From: an uncultured Prevotella sp.
Lineage (GTDB): Bacteria; Spirochaetota; Spirochaetia; Treponematales; Treponemataceae
NCBI GenBank assembly: GCA_963627355.1
Contig: CAVGBY010000001.1
Location: 16,469 to 68,062, forward strand
Length of the DNA stretch: 51,594 nt
Direction: 5' to 3'
The translations under genes were made by a program, and so were the position numbers. This document shows positions 19,725 to 29,627 of the stretch, piece by piece. Position 1 is the first letter of the stretch; each line of letters begins with the position of its first letter. The notes under the pieces were generated by a model that saw nothing but the letters and a program-made list of their open reading frames with translations, searched no databases and had not been told where the DNA came from.

Positions 19725-20734
19725 TCTTGAAACTTTTAAAACGGATTTTATTTTTCTGCGCGGCATTTTTTGCTTCCTGGAATTTTTTTCCGCAGACTGA
19801 AACCAGACAGATGGTTCTGCCAAAACGGATTTTTGTAGGCGACACGGCGGAACTTCATTATACATTCAACTCAAACGTGGATTTTTTTCCGAATGAGGAA
19901 ACTCTGGATGAAAAGCCGCTGATTTTTGAAAAACTTCCTTTTGATTTTGACAACGAGGATTTTACGCTTCAAAAGGCAATGATTCAAAAAAACGGATTGC
20001 TTTATACGGTTGTGCTGATTTTTACTCCATGGAAAGTCGGGATTCTTGATTTTCCGCAGTTTGACCTTCTTTCCGCTGTTTTTGGAAACTCAAATTCCGT
20101 TCCTTTTTTGATTGATCCCCAGCCGATTGAAATTTCTTCCATAATCACAAAAGACGAGGATTCATCTTTCCGTGGAATAAAAGGCCCTCTTCTTTTTCCC
20201 GGAACGATTTATGTGATTTATGCGGCTGTTGTGCTTTTTGTTGTGATTCTTATATTCGTTCTGCACACGATTTTAAAGTGGCAGGAAATTTCTGCAGGAT
20301 TCAGACAGAAAAAAATCCTTAGGAAGTACGCTAAAAATGCAAGAAATGCGTTGCGTCAGTTCAAAAAACTTGAAAAAAATTCTTTGCGTATAAACGATGT
20401 CGCGTTTTGCCTTGCAGTCCAGCAGATTTTTAGATATTACCTTACGGTTCGTTTTGGAAGAAAATTCGATGCCCTTTCCACGGAGCAGATTTCTTCTGCG
20501 TTCGAGGAGCTTACCGGCGGATCAATGAGCGATTTTTTGCGCGAAAATGTAAGTTCAGTCCAGGAAATTTTTAGGCGCGCGGATTATATTCGTTTTGCGC
20601 ACGGCTCGCTTGACTCAAAAAAAGAGCCGGCCCAGATTTATGCGGCGGAACTTCAGCCGGATGAACGTGTCACAATGATTGCAAATTCCCGGACTATAAT
20701 AAAAGCCTTTGAAACTGGAGGGGAAAATGCCTGA
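19709..20734 (+). CDS. Bat-operon membrane-anchored hypothetical protein
   Basis: Signal-like N-terminus, one central TM, position between DUF58 and batA. Confidence 0.7.
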   Translation: MGRQIILKLLKRILFFCAAFFASWNFFPQTETRQMVLPKRIFVGDTAELHYTFNSNVDFFPNEETLDEKPLIFEKLPFDFDNEDFTLQKAMIQKNGLLYTVVLIFTPWKVGILDFPQFDLLSAVFGNSNSVPFLIDPQPIEISSIITKDEDSSFRGIKGPLLFPGTIYVIYAAVVLFVVILIFVLHTILKWQEISAGFRQKKILRKYAKNARNALRQFKKLEKNSLRINDVAFCLAVQQIFRYYLTVRFGRKFDALSTEQISSAFEELTGGSMSDFLRENVSSVQEIFRRADYIRFAHGSLDSKKEPAQIYAAELQPDERVTMIANSRTIIKAFETGGENA

Positions 20735-21728
20735 TTTTCAGAATCCTGCCGCTTTTCTTTTGCTGCTTCTGATTCCGCTTTTGTATATTTTTAGGAAAAC
20801 CGGAATTTTTTCAAAGCCTTCATTCATTGTTACTCTTTCTGACTGGAATGGAAAAAGTTTTTTGTGGCGGAAACCTGTCAGGAATTTTGGGCAGGCGCTT
20901 TCAAAAATTCTTTTTGCTGTTGCTTTTGTTATTGTTGTAGTCGCTTTTTCTGAGCCGATTCTTTATAAGCAGGAACGGGTCTATACTTCGCGCGGAACGG
21001 ATGTTGTTTTTGTTGTGGATATAAGCCCAAGCATGGCGGCAAAAGATATGGGGAATTTCACGCGCCTTGAGACAGCGAAAACCTCAATAAAAAAACTTGT
21101 TGACTCAAATCCCGGGGCGACTTTTGGAGTTGTTGCGATGGGCGAGGACGCGGCGATTGTGATTCCGCCCACGGTTGACAAAAAGATTTTTATAGAACGG
21201 CTTGACGGAATAACCATCGGCCAGCTTGGAAACGGAACTGCGATTGGAACTGGAGTCGCCACGGCGGTTTTTCATCTTTCTAGCTCTGCGGCCCCAAAAA
21301 AATGCATTGTGCTTTTGACAGACGGAGAAAATAATTCCGGGGCAATTCATCCGGAAACTGCGGCGGAACTTGCAAGGCGCAATAATGCCGTGCTTTACGT
21401 GATGGGAATCGGATCAAACGGTTCTGTTCCGATTGAATACACAGATCCTTTTACCGGAAAAAATTATTCAGGATACTTAAATTCCTCCTACAACGAGGAA
21501 TCTTTGCGGAAACTTGCAGTAACAGGCGACGGAAGGTTTTTTGAGGTAAAGTCATTGAACGATTTTAACCTTGCGCTTTCTATGATTGTTAATAATCAGA
21601 GCGTGGTCCAGACTTACCATTCAAAGACTGTCAGCTGCGATTATTACGACAAGCTTATTTTTGCCGCGGGAATTCTTTTCATCCTAAGCTGGATTATAAA
21701 ACGCATTTTCCTTAAGGAGTCAATCTGA
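20727..21728 (+). CDS. batA: BatA-like VWA domain protein
   Basis: N-terminal TM motif, MIDAS DISPSM, GTAIG, LLTDGENN; GGAGG RBS before ATG 20727. Confidence 0.88.
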   Translation: MPDFQNPAAFLLLLLIPLLYIFRKTGIFSKPSFIVTLSDWNGKSFLWRKPVRNFGQALSKILFAVAFVIVVVAFSEPILYKQERVYTSRGTDVVFVVDISPSMAAKDMGNFTRLETAKTSIKKLVDSNPGATFGVVAMGEDAAIVIPPTVDKKIFIERLDGITIGQLGNGTAIGTGVATAVFHLSSSAAPKKCIVLLTDGENNSGAIHPETAAELARRNNAVLYVMGIGSNGSVPIEYTDPFTGKNYSGYLNSSYNEESLRKLAVTGDGRFFEVKSLNDFNLALSMIVNNQSVVQTYHSKTVSCDYYDKLIFAAGILFILSWIIKRIFLKESI

Positions 21729-23386
21729 TGAATTTTTCTTGCCAACGGCCTTATGCCTTGTATGGACTTGCGCTTTTAGTGCCGGCTCTGATAATTTCAA
21801 TCCTTCACTTTAAGAAAGTCTACAAAAACCTGAATTTTTTTACTGTAAAAGATAAAAGTTCGACTGTTTCCCGAAGAATGAGAAATTTTGGTCTTGTGTA
21901 CGGAATCCGCACTTTTTTTATTTCTGTCGCATGGGCAATGCTTGTTCTTGCGTTCGCTGGATTTTCGTGGGGAACGTATCTTGCGCCTGTCCAGACTTCC
22001 GGCACGGCTGTTTCTCTTGTCTTTGATATTTCCTACAGCATGAATGCCGATGATGCTTCTTCGGGGCTTAGCCGTCTTGAGGCTTCTAAAAAATATGCGA
22101 AAATGCTTCTTTCACATATTCCGGATACGCAGATTTCGGTTGTTCTTGCAAAAGGTGATGGTGTTACGGTTCTGCCTTTGACTGATGACCGGGCCGCCGT
22201 TGAGTCGCTGATTGACTCGCTTTCTTCAAATTTTATGAGTTCGGTTGGAACAAGCCTTGGAAAAGGAATAAAAAGCGCCCAGAAATCGTTTCCTTCAAAT
22301 TTTTCGTTTAAAAATTCAATCTGGGTTTTTACAGACGGTGAGGAAACAGATTCTCTCCTTGAAAGCTCGCTGGTAGGCTGTGTGAATCAGGGAATTTCCG
22401 TAAGTCTTATTGGTTTTGGAACTGAGCGTGAGACAAAAGTCCTTGCCGGGGATGGAAAAACTTATGTGCTTACGGCATTGCGTTCCGAAAAAATGAAGTC
22501 CGCGTGCGCTTCCGCGATGAAAAAAAATTCCGCAAGCAAAGTTTCTGATGTTCAGATTTCATATATTGATGCTACAGAGTCCGGTTCAGCGCTGACCTTG
22601 CTGGACGGCATAAAAAACAGTTCAATTTCCGGTTCTGGCTCTGATTCAGAGGAAAATGACGTGACTTACGAAATTAAGCCTGTTCAGCGTTATTCGCTGT
22701 TTTTGGGGCTTGGAATTCTTTTCACTGTGCTTGGTTATGTGGTCACGGAACTTGACCCGGATGGAATCTCTGAAAAATTCAAAAAAACAGCCGCGTTAAT
22801 GGTTTTTTGTATGCTTTTTGTTTCCTGCAAGGGTGAAAATCCAGTTTTTGGCGCAAAAAAGATTCTTGAAGGCTCGTGGTTCTGGTATCAGAAAAAATAC
22901 AATGATTCTGTGGAAAAATACCTTCAGACAGTTTATGATGCCCAGGAACAAGGGAATCCGCTGCTTGAGCAATATGCGGTCTATGACCTTGCCACAACTT
23001 ATCTTGTCCAGAATGAAAACGACGTTGCCCTTGAACGCTACAGACAACTGGAAAATATCGAGGATAAAAATGTCCGTTATGCGGTTTTCTACAACTGTGG
23101 AATCATTGCAAACCGAAAGGGAAATTATGAGGAAGCCGCAAAGTGTTTTAGAAATGCCTTAAAAGTTGACGGCACAAAAATTGACGCGAAAATCAACCTT
23201 GAGCTTTCTCTTATGAATGCGGAAAAAGAGGCTAAATCAAAGCAGAATGTTCAGAATCAGGTTTCTGAAACAAAAACTTCTTCCACAATGGAAGAGGCAA
23301 TCTTTGCAAGAATCCGGGAGTATGACGAAAAACAATGGAAAAACAGCGAAAAATCAGAGAATTCAAATTCATCCCAGGATTACTAA
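21728..23386 (+). CDS. batB: BatB/BatC-like VWA + TPR protein
   Basis: MIDAS DISYSM, FTDGE, C-terminal TPR (YNCG...YEEAAKCFRNAL...AKINLEL). Confidence 0.8.
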   Translation: MNFSCQRPYALYGLALLVPALIISILHFKKVYKNLNFFTVKDKSSTVSRRMRNFGLVYGIRTFFISVAWAMLVLAFAGFSWGTYLAPVQTSGTAVSLVFDISYSMNADDASSGLSRLEASKKYAKMLLSHIPDTQISVVLAKGDGVTVLPLTDDRAAVESLIDSLSSNFMSSVGTSLGKGIKSAQKSFPSNFSFKNSIWVFTDGEETDSLLESSLVGCVNQGISVSLIGFGTERETKVLAGDGKTYVLTALRSEKMKSACASAMKKNSASKVSDVQISYIDATESGSALTLLDGIKNSSISGSGSDSEENDVTYEIKPVQRYSLFLGLGILFTVLGYVVTELDPDGISEKFKKTAALMVFCMLFVSCKGENPVFGAKKILEGSWFWYQKKYNDSVEKYLQTVYDAQEQGNPLLEQYAVYDLATTYLVQNENDVALERYRQLENIEDKNVRYAVFYNCGIIANRKGNYEEAAKCFRNALKVDGTKIDAKINLELSLMNAEKEAKSKQNVQNQVSETKTSSTMEEAIFARIREYDEKQWKNSEKSENSNSSQDY

Positions 23387-24753
23387 AAAAAATCTGTGTG
23401 GCTGCGGTTTTTGCGCTTTCGGTAAAACCCTGTTTTGCCCAGCAGAAACTTACGTACAGCATAATCCAGAAACTTTTGGTAGAACCTGTGAACAACATAA
23501 ATTTCAGCGCGACAGACTGCGCCTTTGAGCTGAAAATTCCTTACGTAAAATCGGATGTTGTTCAGGCTCAGATTCCGGAACTGCCGGCCGGAGTGAATTT
23601 TGTCTCTCTTCGGCGTTCAGAATATTCTGATGAGAACAAAACCAGCGGAACAAAAATTGAGCTTTGGCTGAATTTTGCGGAGGCAAAGACTTACCGCCTG
23701 CGTTCTCTTCATGTTTACATAAATTCCCGGCTCTATTACATCCAGTTTTCTCCGGTTGTTATTTCTGAAAATCCGCGGAATATTATGCCTCGGCTTGTTG
23801 TGACTTTTGAAAACGGTCAGGAACTTGTAAGCCAGCGGCGTGGAAAATCTGATGACGAGGCAAAATTTTCTGTTGTGGCCGGAAAACCGGTTCATTTTAC
23901 GGTTTCGCTCCAGTATGCGGTTCAGATAATTTCATATGACTGGTCTGTTCCTAAAAACGCGCTTGTGCGGGAACTGGAGCAGTACGACATTACAAAAGGA
24001 ACTCTTAGAAGCTCTGAATTCAGTGATGAGAAAATTCCTGTCGCAGCTTTTGAATGGTTGCCGCTGTACGCCGGAAAACTTTCGCTGCCTGAAATGAAAA
24101 TAATCGCGACTTCATATAACGGGACCAGAATTGAGCTGAAACTCCCGGAAACGCTGATTCCTGTTGCCGAGGGAACTTCCATGGCAGAAAAAACGGACAA
24201 TGCGGAGGCGTATTTTGGATATGCGTTTGCGGCCCAGACAACAAAAAATAAAGTTGCCTCAAACGACAGGCTGACGCAGGAAGACTGCCAGAAACTTGCG
24301 GAACTAAGGGCGGAAGAAAGACATTCAATTCCATTTGCAAAAAAATTCCATGAGCGTAAGGTTTTTGAGCAGCATTTTGGTATTTCAGACGGAGCAATGG
24401 AGCCGACTTATTTTTGGCTTTGGGTTTGTCTTGCACTTTTGTCCGTATGTGTGGTTTTTACAGTTTTTTCAGCATTTTCACGGAAAATTTGGGGAATTCT
24501 TGCGTTTTCCGGGGCAATGTTTATTTTTCTTGTCGGAACAATAATTTCCCTGGTTTTAATTTCACGAACTTATGCAGTCTTTAAAGGCGGAAACGTTAGC
24601 CCTGTTCCAGAAGAAAGCGCGGCGGCGGTTTCTTCAATTGAAAGCGGAAAGCGTGTTCTTGTAGAGCAAAAAGCAGGTGACTGGGTTTTTATCAGTTTCG
24701 GATCTTCTGGTGGCTGGGTAAAAACAGACGGAATAATTATTATTGATAAATAA
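23335..24753 (+). CDS. BatD/BatE-like protein with C-terminal SH3-like domain
   Basis: Signal peptide, beta-rich domains, two TM, C-terminal GDWVFI...GWV; last gene of the bat cluster. Confidence 0.7.
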   Translation: MEKQRKIREFKFIPGLLKKICVAAVFALSVKPCFAQQKLTYSIIQKLLVEPVNNINFSATDCAFELKIPYVKSDVVQAQIPELPAGVNFVSLRRSEYSDENKTSGTKIELWLNFAEAKTYRLRSLHVYINSRLYYIQFSPVVISENPRNIMPRLVVTFENGQELVSQRRGKSDDEAKFSVVAGKPVHFTVSLQYAVQIISYDWSVPKNALVRELEQYDITKGTLRSSEFSDEKIPVAAFEWLPLYAGKLSLPEMKIIATSYNGTRIELKLPETLIPVAEGTSMAEKTDNAEAYFGYAFAAQTTKNKVASNDRLTQEDCQKLAELRAEERHSIPFAKKFHERKVFEQHFGISDGAMEPTYFWLWVCLALLSVCVVFTVFSAFSRKIWGILAFSGAMFIFLVGTIISLVLISRTYAVFKGGNVSPVPEESAAAVSSIESGKRVLVEQKAGDWVFISFGSSGGWVKTDGIIIIDK

Positions 24754-24762
24754 GGTGAAAAT

Positions 24763-25347
24763 ATGGATTTTGGTGATATTTTAGCCCAGTGGGATGTTCA
24801 GCAGAAAAAACAGGCTGAAAAACAGCGGTTAAGCGGAAAAAACGCTGTTTCCCACAAAAAGGCAAACGCTCCCTCTGCGGAAGAAAAAGCGGCTATTGAA
24901 ATGCAAAAAGAGCTTCTGAACGGTTACGACGTTGAAAAAGAAAGCCAGAAACGCATAAACCCTATGGAACTCTGGCTAAGACGCTACGGCACTGTTGATA
25001 AGGATGCTCTTTTTGAGCAGGAAGAGGCAAGGAACAAATATCACAGCAGGTCAAGTCTTGTTGAGATGAGGCCGCAGGCGCGCATTGATTTGCACGGATT
25101 GAAAAAAGAAGAGGCTTGGTCGCGGCTGGAATCTTTTGTGTCGGACTGTGAATCAAGGGGAATAAAAAAGATTATGATTGTCCACGGAAAAGGAGTTCAC
25201 ACCCACGGAACAGATCCGGTTCTTGGTGAACTGGTAAGAAAATTCATCGAACAGGACAAACGCCTCGGCACTTCCGGACATCCAGACTCCAGCGAAGGCG
25301 GAAAAGGCGCGACATGGGTAATTCTAAAGGACAACCTTTTTAAATAA
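24763..25347 (+). CDS. Smr/MutS2 domain protein
   Basis: IDLHG, IVHGKG.H, GGKGAT. Confidence 0.9.
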   Translation: MDFGDILAQWDVQQKKQAEKQRLSGKNAVSHKKANAPSAEEKAAIEMQKELLNGYDVEKESQKRINPMELWLRRYGTVDKDALFEQEEARNKYHSRSSLVEMRPQARIDLHGLKKEEAWSRLESFVSDCESRGIKKIMIVHGKGVHTHGTDPVLGELVRKFIEQDKRLGTSGHPDSSEGGKGATWVILKDNLFK

Positions 25348-25410
25348 AAAACTTGTAACCAACAGGATTTTTCATTATTTTTTTAATAGATTTTAAATGC
25401 GAGGAACACA

Positions 25411-26013
25411 TTGAACGACTACTATTCGGTTTTGGGAATTTCAAAGAATGCGACACAGGAAGAAATAAAAAAAGCGTACAGAAATCTTGCGTTTAAATAT
25501 CACCCTGACAGAAATCCGGACAACAAGGAAGCGGAAGAAAAATTTAAAAAAATCTCAGAAGCCTACGATGTTCTTGGCGATGAAAAAAAACGTGCGGAAT
25601 ATGACAGGTTCGGCTCTTCAAGTTCAAGTTACAGTTCCCGGAATTCATACCAGCAGAATTATTACCAGAATGGCTATCAGAATTATTATCAGCGCCAGAC
25701 GTACTCAGACCCGTTCAGCTCAGAAGATTCGTTCTGGCAGTGGTTCAGTGGCTCGGCAGACCAGAATTCCGGAAAAAATACAAACTATTACTACGAATAT
25801 AATAATTCCAGACAGTCTTATACAAAAAAGAGTTTATGGACAGAGTTTTTTATGAAAATCGGGCAGATACTTATCGGACTTTTCTTCTTTAGATTTTCGT
25901 GGATTATAATTCCATTCGGTCCGCTATTGTGCCTTGGTCTGCTTGTAACAGGATTTACCGGAGCTTTGCGCGCGCTCCGGCTGATATTCAAGCCTAACGC
26001 TGACGGAAAATAA
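25411..26013 (+). CDS. J-domain (DnaJ-like) membrane protein
   Basis: DYYSVLG...KYHPDRN...AYDVLGD; no zinc finger; Y/Q/N-rich linker; two C-terminal TM; TTG start with GAGG RBS. Confidence 0.9.
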   Translation: MNDYYSVLGISKNATQEEIKKAYRNLAFKYHPDRNPDNKEAEEKFKKISEAYDVLGDEKKRAEYDRFGSSSSSYSSRNSYQQNYYQNGYQNYYQRQTYSDPFSSEDSFWQWFSGSADQNSGKNTNYYYEYNNSRQSYTKKSLWTEFFMKIGQILIGLFFFRFSWIIIPFGPLLCLGLLVTGFTGALRALRLIFKPNADGK

Positions 26014-26212
26014 TACGTCCTTTGTCAAGGTCGTATGGTGAGAGCGCAACTTTTACGCTGTCGCCAGGAACAATTCTGATGTAGTGTTTGCGCATTTTTC
26101 CAGAAAGATGCGCCATAATCATGTGTCCATTCTGCAGTTCAACACGGAACATTGTGTTAGGCAATGCTTCCTTTACAATTCCTTCAACTTCAATAGCTTC
26201 TTCTTTAGCCAC
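25994..26212 (-). CDS. infA: Translation initiation factor IF-1
   Basis: [11 protein letters not shown]...[10 protein letters not shown]...[15 protein letters not shown]...SPYD; GTG start with GGAGG. Confidence 0.98.
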   Translation of the reverse strand: MAKEEAIEVEGIVKEALPNTMFRVELQNGHMIMAHLSGKMRKHYIRIVPGDSVKVALSPYDLDKGRIIFRQR

Positions 26213-26350
26213 GATTCCTCCAAAAAAAAATCGAAAAAGTTTTGCGTTTTTAAGATTTTATAATATATTAGTATGTACCAAAATAAAATGGCTTGTCAAC
26301 AATAGTGGAATTTACTACCGTTCACAAAGTTGGCCCGTGGGAGAATAAAA

Positions 26351-26707
26351 ATGGATGAAAAATTTATTGCCAATATCAAAGAAAAACTTCTTGAGCAAAG
26401 AGCGACTATTTTGTCTGCGCTTGAATCACAGACAAGCGATCTAAAAAATCTTGTAAAACCGATTGAATCTGGCGACGAGGTTGACATTGCCAGCGATGCG
26501 GTTGACAGAACATTGCTTGATTCGCTGAGCGCCCAGGATTCGAACCGCCTTAAAATGATTGACAACGCCCTTGAGCGAATCCGAACAGGAAAATACGGAA
26601 TCTGCCTTGGCTGCGGAAAAGAAATTCCGCAGGCGCGACTGGAGGCGATTCCCTATGCATTTATGTGCGTAAATTGCGCCAGCACCGCCGAACGCAGAAA
26701 TAGATAA
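26351..26707 (+). CDS. dksA: DksA/TraR C4 zinc-finger transcription factor
   Basis: Coiled-coil tip DEVDIA (DxxDxA), YGICLGCG...RLEAIP...CVNC. Confidence 0.85.
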   Translation: MDEKFIANIKEKLLEQRATILSALESQTSDLKNLVKPIESGDEVDIASDAVDRTLLDSLSAQDSNRLKMIDNALERIRTGKYGICLGCGKEIPQARLEAIPYAFMCVNCASTAERRNR

Positions 26708-26720
26708 CTTTACCCATAAA

Positions 26721-26794
26721 CTAAATGCGGAATTTTTATAATTAATTCAGAAAGAAAATGTCTATGCTTTTCTTTCTGAAAATTCCGCATTTAG
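26721..26794. terminator. Long bidirectional hairpin between convergent genes
   Basis: CTAAATGCGGAATTT/AAATTCCGCATTTAG outer stem plus TTCAGAAAGAAAA/TTTTCTTTCTGAA inner stem. Confidence 0.7.
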
Positions 26795-27630
26795 ATTTTC
26801 TGGAACTTTGTCTTTCTGTCTGTATCGATATAGGCGGTTTCCCTGTAGCCTGCTTTTTGAACTGCCAAAAGAGCCTTGTCAAAGGCAAAGTCCAGATTTT
26901 CTGCTGAATGGGAGTCTGAGCTTAGTGTTACAGGAACATTCCGTTCATGCAGAAGCGCAAGAAATTCATCAGAAGGATAGACTCCGTCCATGTAGCCGCG
27001 TGAAATCGCGCCTGTGTTCACTTCCACAATAACGCCGGATTTTTTTATTGCGTCGGCGGTGGCTTTTATTTCTTTTCTGTACCAAAAATCATTTTCATTG
27101 AACATTTTGAGCGCATTGTTATTTTTCCGCACAAGATCCGCGTGTCCGATTATCGAAAAATTCCCTTTAGAAAGCATTTCCCGTTCAAGCGCAAAATATT
27201 CGCAGACAACTTTTTTTGCATTTCCGTTGTAGAGTGTGTCGATTTTTTCTTTTAAAAGATTCGCGCTGTAGTCAACGCATAGCCGCCCTTTTTCTGAAAA
27301 AACATAGTGGACCGAACCGATTAAAAAATCCGGGTCAAGTTTTTTGTACCGTTCAAAGTCCGGTTTTGTGACCAGCGGAATGTAGTCGGCTTCAAAACCA
27401 AGAAGAATTTTTAGTTTTCCGCTGAATTTTTGTTTTGCAGAATTTACCGCCTCAACATAAGCATTGAAATCTTTTGTGGGAATGTGCCACGCCCCGGCAA
27501 AAGGATACATGCTGTGGCTGGAAAAACCAAGAATGTCAAAGCCTTTTTTTACCGCGGCTTCTGCAATTTCCTCGGGGCTTCCCTTTCCGTCGCAAAATGA
27601 AGTGTGTGTATGGTAATTCGTTTTCAGCAT
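26791..27630 (-). CDS. PHP-family histidinol-phosphatase
   Basis: NYHTHTSFCDG, SSH, GFEAD, GSVH, GHAD, EVNT, SDSH. Confidence 0.88.
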   Translation of the reverse strand: MLKTNYHTHTSFCDGKGSPEEIAEAAVKKGFDILGFSSHSMYPFAGAWHIPTKDFNAYVEAVNSAKQKFSGKLKILLGFEADYIPLVTKPDFERYKKLDPDFLIGSVHYVFSEKGRLCVDYSANLLKEKIDTLYNGNAKKVVCEYFALEREMLSKGNFSIIGHADLVRKNNNALKMFNENDFWYRKEIKATADAIKKSGVIVEVNTGAISRGYMDGVYPSDEFLALLHERNVPVTLSSDSHSAENLDFAFDKALLAVQKAGYRETAYIDTDRKTKFQKI

Positions 27631-29627
27631 TTGTGGTCCCATTTGTTTGTTTTCAATAAGAATAGATTGAATTTCTCCTCGAATTCAATAAGATTCAGAA
27701 TCAGCGCTTCGGAATTTTTGTCTTTTGCCGCCTGGTTCATTTTTGCAGAGATATTTGCAAGTTTATTCGCGGAAATAGCCGCCGAACTTCCCTTTAAAGT
27801 GTGCGCAATCCTGTGAAGTTCCTCAAAATTCTTTGTCTCAAGAAGTTTTTTGCTGTAAATCAAAAAATGGTTTGTCTGTTCAATGTAGTCAAGTATAATC
27901 TGGTTTCCTAAATCCCAGTCGTTTCCGATTGTGTCCTCAAAATCCTGAATATCCCAAAGCTCGTCATTTGCGATTGTCTTTTTTTGCTCTGCCGCTGAAA
28001 TTTCTTTTGTCTTGGAAAGTCCAAGGATGATTTTCCATTTGTCGAGCAGCTCAAAAACTTTTTCACGCTTGAACGGTTTTACAAGAATATCGTTGATTCC
28101 TATGTTCCTGTATTTTTCAAAAGTTGAAGGGTCGTTGTTCGCGGTACACGCAATTATGATTCCGGCGTATTTTTTTTGCCGCAGAACTTTTGTCGCCTCC
28201 GTTCCGCTTAGAACCGGCATCTGAATATCCATAAAAATCATCTGGATTTCCGGATTTTTTGAAATCATATTGATTGCCTGCATTCCGTTTTCCGCCTGAA
28301 AAATTGTCGCGCCGAATTTTCCCAGAAATTGAACAAGAATCTCGCGGTTTACCGGATGGTCTTCCGCCACAAGAATTTTCATTCCTTTTGCAAATTCCTT
28401 TTTTTCGTCAGGATTTTCTGTTTTTTTAGGTCCTTCAATTTCATCAAGCAGTTTTATTGAAGGAATTTCGCCGTTCGTGTCGATTAAAAGGGCATCCAGC
28501 TTTTCGTGGCGGATTGGCTTGTACAAATATCCTGCAAACCAGTCCAAAAGTTTCATTTTTGTTTCGCGTCCCATCTGGCCTTCCGGAACGAGCATATAGA
28601 GTTTTGTTTTTGCAAGGTCAGGGGAATTTTTTATCTTTGAGGCAAGATGCCAGCCTTCAACAACCGGCATAATCATATCAATAAAGACGATTTCAAAAGG
28701 ATTTCCAAGCCGCTCGGCGTACTGCATCTTTAAAAACGCGTCATCGCCATTTGAGGAAGATTCAATATACTGAAGCCCTATTGAATTCAGCTGGTTTGTA
28801 AGACTTTTCCGTACAAGATTGCTGTCATCGACAATAAGAATTCTTGTTGTTGCCGGAACCGGAGGAACGTAAGGTGCCGGAAAACGTGGAGTTTCTGTGA
28901 TTTCAATTTTTAATGGAAGAGAAAACCAGAAAATTGAGCCGCCGTACGGATTTTTCTTTACGCCGATTGTTCCGTTCATTTTCTGCACAAGAAGTTTGCA
29001 TATCGCAAGCCCAAGCCCCGAGCCTCCGTATTTGCGCGTAAAAGACGAGTCGCCCTGGTAGTAACTTTTAAAAAGCGAGGACATTTTCTTTTCATCAACG
29101 CCGATTCCGCTGTCTGTAACCTGAAAAAGCAGATTTTCTTCCTGCCTCAAAAGCTCAAGGTGAATGTATCCGCAGTTTGTGAATTTTACCGCGTTTTTCA
29201 GAAGGTTCAGAAGAATCTGCTGGATGCGCGTGGGATCGCCTAAAACTGTGTCCGGAATATTTTTGTAGTCAATGTCTGTTACAACTTCAATTTCTTTGTT
29301 GTACGCCTCGATTCCAATCAGATGCGCCACATTTTCTGTAAGAGTTTTTACGTTGAACGGAATATTTTCGATAAGAAGCTTATGCGACTTTAATTTTGAA
29401 AAATCAAGAATATCGTTTACAAGAGCCAGAAGAACATCCGCTCCGTAACGAATCTGGCGCACGTATTCAATCTGTTCCTTGTCAAGCCGAGTGTCAGAAA
29501 GCAGATCCAGCGTTCCGATTACGGTCTGTACGGGTGTTCGTATTTCGTGTACGGCATTTGCGATAAAAAGCTCGTTTGGAATATCAAAGTCTTCCTGCGC
29601 ATTGCTCTGTTCATTCTTGCTATACAT
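27624..29627 (-). CDS. Cytoplasmic hybrid histidine kinase (HisKA-HATPase-REC-REC-HPt)
   Basis: VHEIRTP, LLNLLKNAVKFT, DSGIG, GGSGLGL, IDMIMP, MDIQMP, AHTLKGSS; no TM or sensor domain. Confidence 0.92.
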   Translation of the reverse strand: MYSKNEQSNAQEDFDIPNELFIANAVHEIRTPVQTVIGTLDLLSDTRLDKEQIEYVRQIRYGADVLLALVNDILDFSKLKSHKLLIENIPFNVKTLTENVAHLIGIEAYNKEIEVVTDIDYKNIPDTVLGDPTRIQQILLNLLKNAVKFTNCGYIHLELLRQEENLLFQVTDSGIGVDEKKMSSLFKSYYQGDSSFTRKYGGSGLGLAICKLLVQKMNGTIGVKKNPYGGSIFWFSLPLKIEITETPRFPAPYVPPVPATTRILIVDDSNLVRKSLTNQLNSIGLQYIESSSNGDDAFLKMQYAERLGNPFEIVFIDMIMPVVEGWHLASKIKNSPDLAKTKLYMLVPEGQMGRETKMKLLDWFAGYLYKPIRHEKLDALLIDTNGEIPSIKLLDEIEGPKKTENPDEKKEFAKGMKILVAEDHPVNREILVQFLGKFGATIFQAENGMQAINMISKNPEIQMIFMDIQMPVLSGTEATKVLRQKKYAGIIIACTANNDPSTFEKYRNIGINDILVKPFKREKVFELLDKWKIILGLSKTKEISAAEQKKTIANDELWDIQDFEDTIGNDWDLGNQIILDYIEQTNHFLIYSKKLLETKNFEELHRIAHTLKGSSAAISANKLANISAKMNQAAKDKNSEALILNLIEFEEKFNLFLLKTNKWDHKC

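Noticed and set aside
17814..24753. moxR-DUF58-VWA-TPR cluster as a novel system
   Set aside because: Matches the known bat operon of Bacteroidetes and spirochetes
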